DNA of 64,000 nucleotides from Thermoanaerobaculia bacterium (GTDB lineage Bacteria; Acidobacteriota; Thermoanaerobaculia; UBA5066): NCBI GenBank assembly GCA_038245905.1, contig JBBRRY010000006.1, positions 64,425 to 128,424 of the forward strand, read 5' to 3'. Shown piece by piece: positions 19,334 to 30,058 of this stretch (position 1 is its first letter; each line of letters starts with the position of its first letter). The notes under the pieces were generated by a model. It saw only the letters and a program-made list of their open reading frames with translations, ran no database searches and was not told where the DNA came from. The position numbers and the translations under genes were made by a program.

Positions 19334-20518
19334 ATGAATCCCTGGCGCGGCCTCGCCGGCCTCCCGCGCGCGCTCTGGGTCCTCGCGGCGGCGACGCTCG
19401 TGAACCGGTCGGGCACGATGTTCCTGCCGTTCCTGATCCTCTACCTCACGAAGGATATGGGCATCACGCCGTCGGCCGCGGGAGGCGTCCTCGCGCTCTT
19501 CGGGTTTGGCGCGCTCGTCGCGGGCCCGTTCGCAGGGCGGCTCTCCGACCTCCTCGGCCCGGTCCGTATGATGCGCGGCTCCCTCGTCGTCTCGGGTTTC
19601 CTTCTCCTCCTCGTGCCGTTCGCGCGCTCGCTCCCGTCGATCGCGGTCCTTGCGCTCCTCCTCGCCCTCGCGGGCGAAGCCTTCCGGCCCGCGAGCCTGA
19701 GTGTGATCTCGCACCTCGCGGCACCCGACCAGCGGAAGGCCGCCTTCGCGCTCCAACGGCTCGCGATAAACCTCGGCATGAGCGTCGGCCCGGCCGTCGG
19801 CGGCTTTCTCGCGGCCGTCTCGTGGCCCTCGCTCTTCGTCGTGGACGGCGCGACCTCGCTTCTCGCCGCCGTGACCCTCGTCCTTCTCTTCCCGAAGGAC
19901 GTCTCGTTCCCGTCCGCTCGATCCGCCGGTGCCACGGCCTCACGGCGCGAAGGATTGCGCGACGGGGCGCTCGTCTTTTTCCTCATCGCCCTCGTCCCCG
20001 TCGCAATCGTGTTCTTCCAGCACGAGTCGTCGATGTCGGTCTACCTCGTGCGCGACCTCGGGATGGCCGTCTGGACGTTCGGCCTCCTCCACACGGTCAA
20101 TACGCTCCTGATCGTTTTTCTCGAGGTGCCGCTGAACCTCGCCATGGCGCACTGGTCACACCGGCGCGCCCTCGTCCTCGGCTCCGTCCTCGTCGCGGCC
20201 GGCTTCGGGGCGCTTGCCTTTGCCCGTTCGCTGCCCGCGGTCGTCTTGACGATCGTCGTCTGGACGTTTGGCGAGATGGTCCTCCTGCCGGCGATGTCGG
20301 CCTGGGTCGCCGACGCCGCGCCACCAGAGAGCCGAGGCGCCTACATGGGTCTCTACACAATGGCGTTCAGCGCCGCGCTCGTCGTGGGATCGCCGCTCGG
20401 AACCGCGCTCCTCGAGCACGGCGGCGGGCGCACCCTGTGGCTCACGATGCTCGCGCTCGGGCTCCTGTCCGCCACGCTCTTCACGCGCGTGAAGGAGCCC
20501 CGACCGGAGGCCGCATGA
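19334..20518 (+). CDS. MFS transporter
   Basis: About 12 hydrophobic segments, GRLSDLLG motif A variant, NLGMSVGP. Confidence 0.9.
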   Translation: MNPWRGLAGLPRALWVLAAATLVNRSGTMFLPFLILYLTKDMGITPSAAGGVLALFGFGALVAGPFAGRLSDLLGPVRMMRGSLVVSGFLLLLVPFARSLPSIAVLALLLALAGEAFRPASLSVISHLAAPDQRKAAFALQRLAINLGMSVGPAVGGFLAAVSWPSLFVVDGATSLLAAVTLVLLFPKDVSFPSARSAGATASRREGLRDGALVFFLIALVPVAIVFFQHESSMSVYLVRDLGMAVWTFGLLHTVNTLLIVFLEVPLNLAMAHWSHRRALVLGSVLVAAGFGALAFARSLPAVVLTIVVWTFGEMVLLPAMSAWVADAAPPESRGAYMGLYTMAFSAALVVGSPLGTALLEHGGGRTLWLTMLALGLLSATLFTRVKEPRPEAA

Positions 20519-21399
20519 CGGAAACGTGGACGCACCGCGAGGGCCGCGTGAACGGGATCTGGCTCCACTGGGTCGAGGAGGGCGAGGGACCGCTCGTCGT
20601 CCTCCTCCACGGCTTCCCCGAGTTCTGGTACGCGTGGCGCCACCAGATCCCCGCGCTCGCCGCCGCGGGCTTCCGCGTCGTCGCGCCGGACCTGCGCGGG
20701 TATAACCTCTCGGACAAGCCCGCGGGTGTCCGCGCATACCGCATCGAGGCCCTCCTCGCAGACCTCGCGGGCCTGATCGAGACCCTTGGCGCCGAGCAGG
20801 GCGCGACGCACGCGCATGTCGTCGGGCACGACTGGGGAGGCGCCTTCGCGTGGTATGCGCCGCTCTTTTTTCCGGAGCGGCTCCTCTCGCTCACCCTCCT
20901 CAACGCGCCGCACCCGCTCGCCTTCAAGCGCGAGCTGAGGTCCAGAGCGGCGCAACGGAAGAAATCCTCCTACATCTTCTTCTTCCAGCTCCCGTGGCTC
21001 CCGGAACGGCGGATCCGCGCCGGAAACTTCGCGATCCTCGAGAAGATGCTCCGGCGCGACCCCGAGACGCCGGGCGCGTTCACGGACGAGGACATCCGCC
21101 TCTTCAAGGAGGCTCTCGCGCGGCCGGGCGCGCTCACGGCCGCCGTGAACTACTACCGCGCGGCATTGCGTTTTCCTCCGCGGGTTCGCGACCGCGCGTG
21201 GCCGGCGGACTTGAAGACGCTGCTCATCTGGGGCGAGCGCGACCGCTATCTCGGCCCGGGACTTCTCGAAGGCTTGGACCGCTGGGTACCGAATCTCACG
21301 ATCGAACGCATTCCCGAAGCGAGCCACTGGGTGCAGGCCGACGCGCCCGCGCGGGTCAACGAGCTCCTGATCTGCTTCCTGACGGGCGTCACGCCCTGA
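20515..21399 (+). CDS. Alpha/beta hydrolase (epoxide hydrolase-like)
   Basis: LLHGFPE, APDLRGY, GHDWGG nucleophile motif, WGERD, SHW. Confidence 0.92.
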   Translation: MTETWTHREGRVNGIWLHWVEEGEGPLVVLLHGFPEFWYAWRHQIPALAAAGFRVVAPDLRGYNLSDKPAGVRAYRIEALLADLAGLIETLGAEQGATHAHVVGHDWGGAFAWYAPLFFPERLLSLTLLNAPHPLAFKRELRSRAAQRKKSSYIFFFQLPWLPERRIRAGNFAILEKMLRRDPETPGAFTDEDIRLFKEALARPGALTAAVNYYRAALRFPPRVRDRAWPADLKTLLIWGERDRYLGPGLLEGLDRWVPNLTIERIPEASHWVQADAPARVNELLICFLTGVTP

Positions 21400-22858
21400 C
21401 GAAGTCGATGAAACCCTTCTCGACGTTCGTCGCGACGAGCTTCACGCTCACCTTGTCCCCGACCTCGAGGCCTTCGCTGCCGCGCACGATCTTGCCTTCG
21501 ACAGGCGGCCGGAAAACGCGCGCCCACGTGCCCTTCTCCGACGCGCCCGTCACGACACCGTCGAAGCGTTCCCCGATCCGCGTCTCGAGAAGGAGCGCGC
21601 CCGCTGCCTTCCTGAGGAGACGCTCGACCTTGTTCGCGGCGTCTTCCTGTTCGGTGCAGCGAACGGCGAGGGCGCTCAGCTCGTCGACGGAATAGGGCGA
21701 CGGGCGCCGCGCGAGAGCCGCCTTGAGAAGACGCTGCGTGATGACGTCCGGGTAACGCCGGTTCGGCGCGGTCGAATGCGTGTAGTCGCGAACCGCAAGC
21801 CCGAAGTGGCCGACCGGCTCCTTGCCCGGCAGCTCGACGACGTACTCCCCCGCTCCCATGAGCTTCACGATGACGAGGGAGAGATCCGGGAAACGCAGTG
21901 GATCGGCCTTCTTCCTCGCCGCGAGGAACACTTCCAGCGCCTTCGAATCCGGCTCGTCGGGAAGCGAGAACCCGTGCTCGGCGGCGACAGACACGATGCG
22001 CTGCCACCTCTCGGGCGAGCGCACGATGCGCCGGAGCGCGGCGAAGCCCGCCTTTTCGAGAAAGCGCGCCGTCACCCCGTTCGCCGCGATCATGAAGTCC
22101 TCGATGAGCTCCTTCGGCTGATTCTGCTCGTCGACGGTCAGGTCCTTGATCTCCTCGCCCTCGAAGACAGCCCGGGCCTCGATCGTCTGGAGGTCCAGCG
22201 CGCCCTGCGCATACCGCAGGCCGCGGAGGCGCTGGGAGACTTCCTCCTGGAGGCGCATCTGCGCGTCGATTCCCGGGACCGCCGCCATCGCCGGAGGCAT
22301 CGGGCCCTTCCCGTCGCGCCATGCGTCAACGGAGTTGTACGCGAGCTTCGCCTTGTTGCGCACGAGGGCGCGGAACACGTTCGAGTCCCCGAGCGTCCCG
22401 TCCGCGTTCACGACGTACTCGATCACGACCGAGAGGCGGTCCACGTCCTGATTCAGCGACGTGAGATCGGTCGAGAGCTTCTCGGGCAGCATCGGGAAGA
22501 TGCCTCCGGCCGTATAGACCGAAGTCGTGTTCTGCGCGGCTCGCGCGTCGAGGGGCGTGCCCTTTCGCACGAGAGCGTCCACGTCCGCGATCGCGATCTG
22601 GACGTTCACGGCCCCGCCGGGCCGTTCCTCCGCGACGGAAAGCTGGTCGAGGTCCCGGCTGTCGTCGTTGTCGATCGAGGCCCACGCGAGGTCGCGCAGG
22701 TCGCGGATCGTGGGATCGTTCTCGTGCGCGGGCTCGTGTATGGCGTCGAGCTGCACGAGCGCGGCCGGCGGGAAGTCGGGGTTCAGCCCTTTCTCCTGCA
22801 TGGCGCGGCGCGCGATCACGGCGAGGTCAGAGCGGTGGTGGCGGCCTCTGGGCGTCAT
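21389..22858 (-). CDS. RNB-domain exoribonuclease (RNase II/R family)
   Basis: SIDNDDSRDLDQ, IADV, TSVY..PMLP, LIEDFMIAAN, HFGLA..YTHSTAPNRRYPD, C-terminal S1-like domain. Confidence 0.92.
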   Translation of the reverse strand: MTPRGRHHRSDLAVIARRAMQEKGLNPDFPPAALVQLDAIHEPAHENDPTIRDLRDLAWASIDNDDSRDLDQLSVAEERPGGAVNVQIAIADVDALVRKGTPLDARAAQNTTSVYTAGGIFPMLPEKLSTDLTSLNQDVDRLSVVIEYVVNADGTLGDSNVFRALVRNKAKLAYNSVDAWRDGKGPMPPAMAAVPGIDAQMRLQEEVSQRLRGLRYAQGALDLQTIEARAVFEGEEIKDLTVDEQNQPKELIEDFMIAANGVTARFLEKAGFAALRRIVRSPERWQRIVSVAAEHGFSLPDEPDSKALEVFLAARKKADPLRFPDLSLVIVKLMGAGEYVVELPGKEPVGHFGLAVRDYTHSTAPNRRYPDVITQRLLKAALARRPSPYSVDELSALAVRCTEQEDAANKVERLLRKAAGALLLETRIGERFDGVVTGASEKGTWARVFRPPVEGKIVRGSEGLEVGDKVSVKLVATNVEKGFIDFVRA

Positions 22859-22945
22859 GCCGCAATATTGACACGGAGCACGGCACGAGCCGTGCTCACG
22901 AGCCAACGCCCGGGCTCATGTGCCCTCCGGGGAGGATTTCTTCGA

Positions 22946-23686
22946 ATGAAGGTTCATCGGGACGACCGCCCAGGCGAGAACGCGACTAGGCGCACCCTGC
23001 CGTCTCCCGCAATTCTCTTCACCTTCAAAGAAGTCTCTCTTCGCACCCTTCTTTCCTGTGCCGTGGCGCTCGGCGCACGGGCCGCCCCGGCTGCGGACGT
23101 CTTTCCCGCGTTCGTCCCTGTGAAGCAGGCCCTCAAGGCCGAGAAGTGGGACGCTGCGATCGAGGCTGGCAAGAGAGTCGTCGAGAAGCTGCCCGCGAGC
23201 TCCGCAGCGCACCGCTTCCTCGGCCAGGCCTACGGACAGAAGGCGATCCATGCGTCACTCTTCTCACAGATCGGCCTTGCGAAGAAGTGCCGGGCCGAGT
23301 TCGAGAGGGCCATAGCGCTCGACCCCGGAGACCCCGAAGCTCGCGTCGACCTCGTCACGTACTACGCGAACGCGCCCGGTTTTCTCGGCGGCGGCCTGGA
23401 TAAAGCCCGCGAGCAGGTCGATATCCTGAACGGCCTCGATGCCGCGCGCGGCGCGCTCATGAACGGCTACGTCCTCGCGAAGGAAAAGAAGACGGTCGAG
23501 GCGGAAGCCGAGTACCGGCGTGCCGTGGCCTTGAGCCCGGACGACGCGGGGTTCCGCGTGCGCTTCGGCCATTTCCTCGAGCGCACCGGCAGGAAGGACG
23601 AAGCGAAAGACTCCTACCGCGAGGCGCTGCGCCTCGACCCCGCCCTCGAGGGCGCGAAGAGGGACCTCGAGCGGCTCGGGGGCTAA
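22946..23686 (+). CDS. Tetratricopeptide repeat protein, probably exported
   Basis: TPR patterns (AHRFLGQAYG, FERAIALDP, YREALRLDP), APGFLGGG; start uncertain. Confidence 0.75.
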   Translation: MKVHRDDRPGENATRRTLPSPAILFTFKEVSLRTLLSCAVALGARAAPAADVFPAFVPVKQALKAEKWDAAIEAGKRVVEKLPASSAAHRFLGQAYGQKAIHASLFSQIGLAKKCRAEFERAIALDPGDPEARVDLVTYYANAPGFLGGGLDKAREQVDILNGLDAARGALMNGYVLAKEKKTVEAEAEYRRAVALSPDDAGFRVRFGHFLERTGRKDEAKDSYREALRLDPALEGAKRDLERLGG

Positions 23687-23730
23687 AGGCATTCGCGTCG
23701 GGAGGTAGGGGAAGCCGGTAGAATGCACGT

Positions 23731-23937
23731 GTGAAGCCAATGGTCAGTCACGACAGGGCGCTGGAATCCGACGAGGCGAAGGCCCGTTGGTTCCAGTCAT
23801 TGCCGGTGGAAGACCGGATGAACCTTCTCGTCGAGTTCACGGAGCTCGCTCTTCAGAACCGGCCCGACCTCGCAGAGGAAACACCTGCTCAACCGCCTTC
23901 AGAACGTATTCGCGTCCTTCGCCTCCCACGACGTTAA
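23731..23937 (+). CDS. Small hypothetical protein upstream of a nucleotidyltransferase (putative antitoxin-like partner)
   Basis: About 65-68 aa helical ORF (EAKARWFQSL..EDRM..L) overlapping the start of the NTase gene. Confidence 0.65.
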   Translation: MKPMVSHDRALESDEAKARWFQSLPVEDRMNLLVEFTELALQNRPDLAEETPAQPPSERIRVLRLPRR

Positions 23938-24337
23938 GTACGTCGTCATCGGGGGAATCGCCGCCGTTCTCCACGGCGTAGCGCGCGCGACGTTCGATCT
24001 CGACATCCTCATCGAGGCGACGGCCGAAAACGCTGGCCGACTGCTGGCCGCGCTGGAAAACGCAGGGCTCGGCACGGCCTCACTGACGAATATCGACGAC
24101 CTGCTCGCGCACGAGATCACAGTCTTCAGCGATCGCGTCCGGATCGACGTCCAGACGCGAACCCCGGGCCTCACGTTTGCCAACGCGTGGTCACACCGGG
24201 AAACGATGAAATACCAGGGACAGGAGTTCTTCGTCGTGAGTCGCGTGGACCTCATCGCGTCGAAACGCGCGTCGGGCAGACCACGCGATCTGGAAGACGT
24301 CCGCGTGCTCGAGCAGACGGGGCCGCCAAGCCCCTGA
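23885..24337 (+). CDS. Pol-beta-like nucleotidyltransferase (DUF6036/AbiEii-like), CTG start; missing from the ORF track
   Basis: Manual translation (M)LNRLQNVFASFASHDVKYVVIGGIAAVLHGVARATFDLDIL...LIASKRASGRPRDLEDV; GG..T.DLD and K..GRPRD..D motifs; RBS GAGGA before CTG. Confidence 0.85.
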   Translation: MLNRLQNVFASFASHDVKYVVIGGIAAVLHGVARATFDLDILIEATAENAGRLLAALENAGLGTASLTNIDDLLAHEITVFSDRVRIDVQTRTPGLTFANAWSHRETMKYQGQEFFVVSRVDLIASKRASGRPRDLEDVRVLEQTGPPSP

Positions 24338-24375
24338 ACCGATGACGGGCGGCCGCCCCGCGGTCGGGGCCGAAG

Positions 24376-27129
<2,754 letters not shown>

Positions 27130-27262
27130 GCGGGCACACCCCCCAATCGTGGATACCGGACGATAGCCCTCTCTTCCGGCCCGTGGCGAGGGTTCCGGTT
27201 GACCCTTGTAAAAAAGCGGGCGTAGCATATAGGGGGTCTGGCCTTGTAGACCAAGAGGAGTC

Positions 27263-27829
27263 ATGTCCCGGAACTTCGACGAGATTCAATCCGACGACGA
27301 GCGGCAGAGGCAGCGTTCCCGGTTCGCGCCGGCCCCGCTGCCCGTCCCGGCTCGACCGGTCTGGAACTGGGAAGAGCTCAATGCGAAGTTCCGCCCGCGT
27401 CTCATCGCGGCCGGCGTCATCCGTTTCGGCCTCAGCCAGGACGAGTGCGAGGACGCCGCGCAGAACGTCTTCTTGAAGGTGCTCGCGATGAACCCGCGTG
27501 TGCGCGACCCCAAGGCCTATCTCAGGGCCGCCTTCCTGAATCAGTGCTCGAACCTCATCGAGGCGCGTGAACGCCGCCGGGGACGCGAGTTCGAGATGAC
27601 CGATCAGCTCGCCGCGACGCTCGCCGATCCCGCGGCCGCGCGAGTGCAGACGGTCTCGGCGGTGACGAGCGCGTTCCGTCAGGTCGACCCGAAGTGCCGC
27701 GAAGTCATCAAGTCGTACTGCGTCGAAGACATGACGCTGGCCGAGACCGCCAACCGCAGCGGCTACTCGCCGAAAACCGTCTGGAAGCGCATCCAGGAGT
27801 GCCTGAAACGGATGCGCGCATGCCTCTAG
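27263..27829 (+). CDS. ECF (sigma-70 group 4) sigma factor, module 1
   Basis: RBS GAGGAG; region 2 ([20 protein letters not shown]) and region 4 HTH ([18 protein letters not shown]); overlaps downstream gene. Confidence 0.85.
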   Translation: MSRNFDEIQSDDERQRQRSRFAPAPLPVPARPVWNWEELNAKFRPRLIAAGVIRFGLSQDECEDAAQNVFLKVLAMNPRVRDPKAYLRAAFLNQCSNLIEARERRRGREFEMTDQLAATLADPAAARVQTVSAVTSAFRQVDPKCREVIKSYCVEDMTLAETANRSGYSPKTVWKRIQECLKRMRACL

Positions 27830-29247
27830 TGCTCGTCACGGCGGAGCACCCCTCCGAGACCGATCTCATGAACCTCGCGACGGGCCGCGAGCCGGGCGAC
27901 GCGATGGCCTCGGCGAAAAAGCACATTGACGAAGGCTGTCGCCTCTGCACGCGCCGCCTCGGCGAACTCCAGCATCTCGTCTCTGCCGTGAAGGAAGAGC
28001 ACGCGTTCGACGCGATCCTCGAGAGCGAGAGCGAGATCGTCCCCGATCTGCCGCGCCCGGCCATGGGTCGCACGCTTCCCTTCGTGAACGCGAAGGCGCG
28101 GACCTCGATAGAAGACATTTATCATCTCTCGCAGACGGCCGAGAAACCCGCCGAGTTCATCGTCGACGCCGCACGCGCGGGGGCCGACGAGCTTGCCGCC
28201 GCGCTTCGCGCGCTGGATGGCAAGCCGTATCGCGGCTTCGCGCTGCTGTATGCGGCACAGAAGGCGTTCTCGCTCGTCCCCGAGGATCCGGTCCGCGCAA
28301 GGCTGGTTGCCGATCTCCTTCTTGCCGAAGCTGCGACACTTCCCCCGGCGACTCCGGATTCCCGCGCCTCGACCCCCGCACCTCGCCAGGCCGCCCAGGC
28401 AGAAGCGACGCTCCTGAAGGCGTACACGTTCCTTCAGTCCAGTGAGCCCCTCCTTGCGCGTGAGGCCATCGCCCCCGCACGCGAGTTCTTCCGTGAATCA
28501 GGCGATCTCGGCTTCGGCGCAGCTCTATGCGACTACTACGAAGGCCAGGCCGCGAGCTATTCGCGTGACTACGCATCCGCCGAGCGGCTTCTGAAGCGCG
28601 CCCTCGCAACCTTCTCGGAATTCGGTCAGGATCATCTTCGCGCACGAGCCGAGGTCGCACTCGGAACGCTTCTTCTCCACCGCGGCCAGAATGTCCGAGC
28701 ACTTCAATATCTCGAGAGAGCCTCGGGTTGCTTCGACCCGGAGCAGGACGCGCAGTTCCTCGTCCCCACGCTGAACAACCGCGCTCAGTGCCTCATGCGC
28801 CTAGAGAGGTTTGACGAAGCGCGAGCCGCGCTGGCGAAGTCCTTGAGCCTGTGCCTGCGTTTCGGCTTCCGCTCGCATCTCCTGTTCGTACGGAACGGCC
28901 TTGCCGTGCTAGACGTGCATCGCGGTCAGTTCAAGCGCGCGCTGGGCGCCTTCGGTCAGATCGCTAAGGAAGTCACCTCGCCGATAGACGTCGCGTTCGC
29001 GCGCCTCTACGTCGCCGAGTGCCACGCTCGCCTCGGGAGCTACGGTCCGATGGCGGCGGAGATCGAAACCCTGCGCCGCGAACGGCAGGCGAATCCCTTC
29101 GCTCCGTCGCCCGCCTTCGGCGAGCTCTTTGTCTGCCTCGACCAGGGCACGATCGACGCCGACCTCATCGCGCACGTCCGCGAATACCTGCAGGAAGAAG
29201 AAAGCGGCGTGAAGCGTGCGTATCGAGCTCTGCGCCTCGTCGGCTAG
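27820..29247 (+). CDS. Zinc-finger (ZAS-like) anti-sigma domain fused to cytoplasmic TPR array, module 1
   Basis: H.....L and KKHIDEGCRLC (Hx4CxxC) N-terminus; TPR-like helices (ARAEVALGTL, TLNNRAQCL..L.RFDEA); no TM segment seen. Confidence 0.8.
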   Translation: MPLVLVTAEHPSETDLMNLATGREPGDAMASAKKHIDEGCRLCTRRLGELQHLVSAVKEEHAFDAILESESEIVPDLPRPAMGRTLPFVNAKARTSIEDIYHLSQTAEKPAEFIVDAARAGADELAAALRALDGKPYRGFALLYAAQKAFSLVPEDPVRARLVADLLLAEAATLPPATPDSRASTPAPRQAAQAEATLLKAYTFLQSSEPLLAREAIAPAREFFRESGDLGFGAALCDYYEGQAASYSRDYASAERLLKRALATFSEFGQDHLRARAEVALGTLLLHRGQNVRALQYLERASGCFDPEQDAQFLVPTLNNRAQCLMRLERFDEARAALAKSLSLCLRFGFRSHLLFVRNGLAVLDVHRGQFKRALGAFGQIAKEVTSPIDVAFARLYVAECHARLGSYGPMAAEIETLRRERQANPFAPSPAFGELFVCLDQGTIDADLIAHVREYLQEEESGVKRAYRALRLVG

Positions 29248-29276
29248 ACAAAATCCTCACTCTGCCTCGTTTCGAC

Positions 29277-29306
29277 TCGGCCGCCTTCGGGCGGCCGAAG
29301 TTTTTT
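29277..29306 (+). terminator. Rho-independent terminator after the sigma/TPR-1 operon
   Basis: Stem TCGGCCGCC-TTCG-GGCGGCCGA followed by AGTTTTTT. Confidence 0.8.
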
Positions 29307-29401
29307 CGGGCGTCGGGGGTCAAAACGACCGGTGTCCCCTGTCTAAGTAGATGAAGGGCAGGAGTAGTGGACACCTGTCCGGCTGCGGGGTAGGAGGACG
29401 T

Positions 29402-29554
29402 ATGGACTTTCTTTTCGCATTTTTCAATGTGTTTTCGGGTTTTCTGATGGATGACGCCAGCGTGGTCGGATACCACCGGGGCGCGTCGATCGCCTCGACG
29501 CCCATCGGGATCGCCTCGACGCCCATCGGAATCGCCTCGACGCCTATCGGCTGA
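29402..29554 (+). CDS. 50-aa putative signalling propeptide with hydrophobic leader and 3x IASTPIG core
   Basis: RBS AGGAGG 4 nt before ATG; MDFLFAFFNVFSGFLMDDASVVGYHRGAS-(IASTPIG)x3-stop; repeat variation is synonymous only. Confidence 0.78.
   Translation: MDFLFAFFNVFSGFLMDDASVVGYHRGASIASTPIGIASTPIGIASTPIG
29489..29551 (+). repeat. 3 x 21-bp tandem repeat encoding IASTPIG
   Basis: ATCGCCTCGACGCCCATCGGG / ATCGCCTCGACGCCCATCGGA / ATCGCCTCGACGCCTATCGGC then TGA. Confidence 0.95.
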
Positions 29555-29631
29555 GACGACCCGGATCGGTACGGATTTTACAAACGCCGCGCGGCGCCTA
29601 GGGGTTTGTTGCGCCCGAAAGGAGTATCGAC

Positions 29632-30042
29632 GTGCTGAGAAGTCACCTGCCGAATGAAGAGCCGGCTGGCGACGTCACGCTGTCGATGATGCTCCATGCG
29701 CCGCACCCGGTCGTCGTCGCGAGTGCGAGCGAACCTGGGAAAGTCCTCCTCCACCTCGAGATCCGCAACAAGACGCTTCAAGCATGGGAGGGGTCCACGG
29801 AAGCGGGTCCTCTCCTGGAGCTGGTCCTCCTCGACGCAGAGGGCCACGAGCGCTCCCGGCAGACGCGCCAGTGCCGGATGCTCGCTTATCCCACCCGCCT
29901 GGAGCCCGGGCGGGGATTCAACCTCCCCCTCTTCTTCAACCTGCCCGGGCTCTCCACTTCTGGCGAGGACTTCCGCGTCGAGGTCCGCCTCGTGCCCGGC
30001 CGCGAAGTCCTCACCGGCCACCTCCGCGTCGAACCGCGCTGA
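29632..30042 (+). CDS. Small beta-rich (Ig-like) cytoplasmic protein, weakly BsuPI proteinase-inhibitor-like
   Basis: RBS AAAGGAG before GTG; alternating beta strands LHLEIRN..LELVLLD..TRLEPG..FRVEVRL. Confidence 0.6.
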   Translation: MLRSHLPNEEPAGDVTLSMMLHAPHPVVVASASEPGKVLLHLEIRNKTLQAWEGSTEAGPLLELVLLDAEGHERSRQTRQCRMLAYPTRLEPGRGFNLPLFFNLPGLSTSGEDFRVEVRLVPGREVLTGHLRVEPR

Positions 30043-30058
30043 CGCGCGGGACTGCGGC

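Noticed and set aside
29489-29551. 21-bp repeats as a mini CRISPR array
   Set aside because: The repeats are directly adjacent with no spacers, no cas genes are present, and the variation pattern is codon-synonymous.
29578-30021. Minus-strand 147-aa ORF as the gene downstream of TPR-2
   Set aside because: It is an antisense shadow of 29632-30042, which has a clear RBS and a more protein-like sequence.
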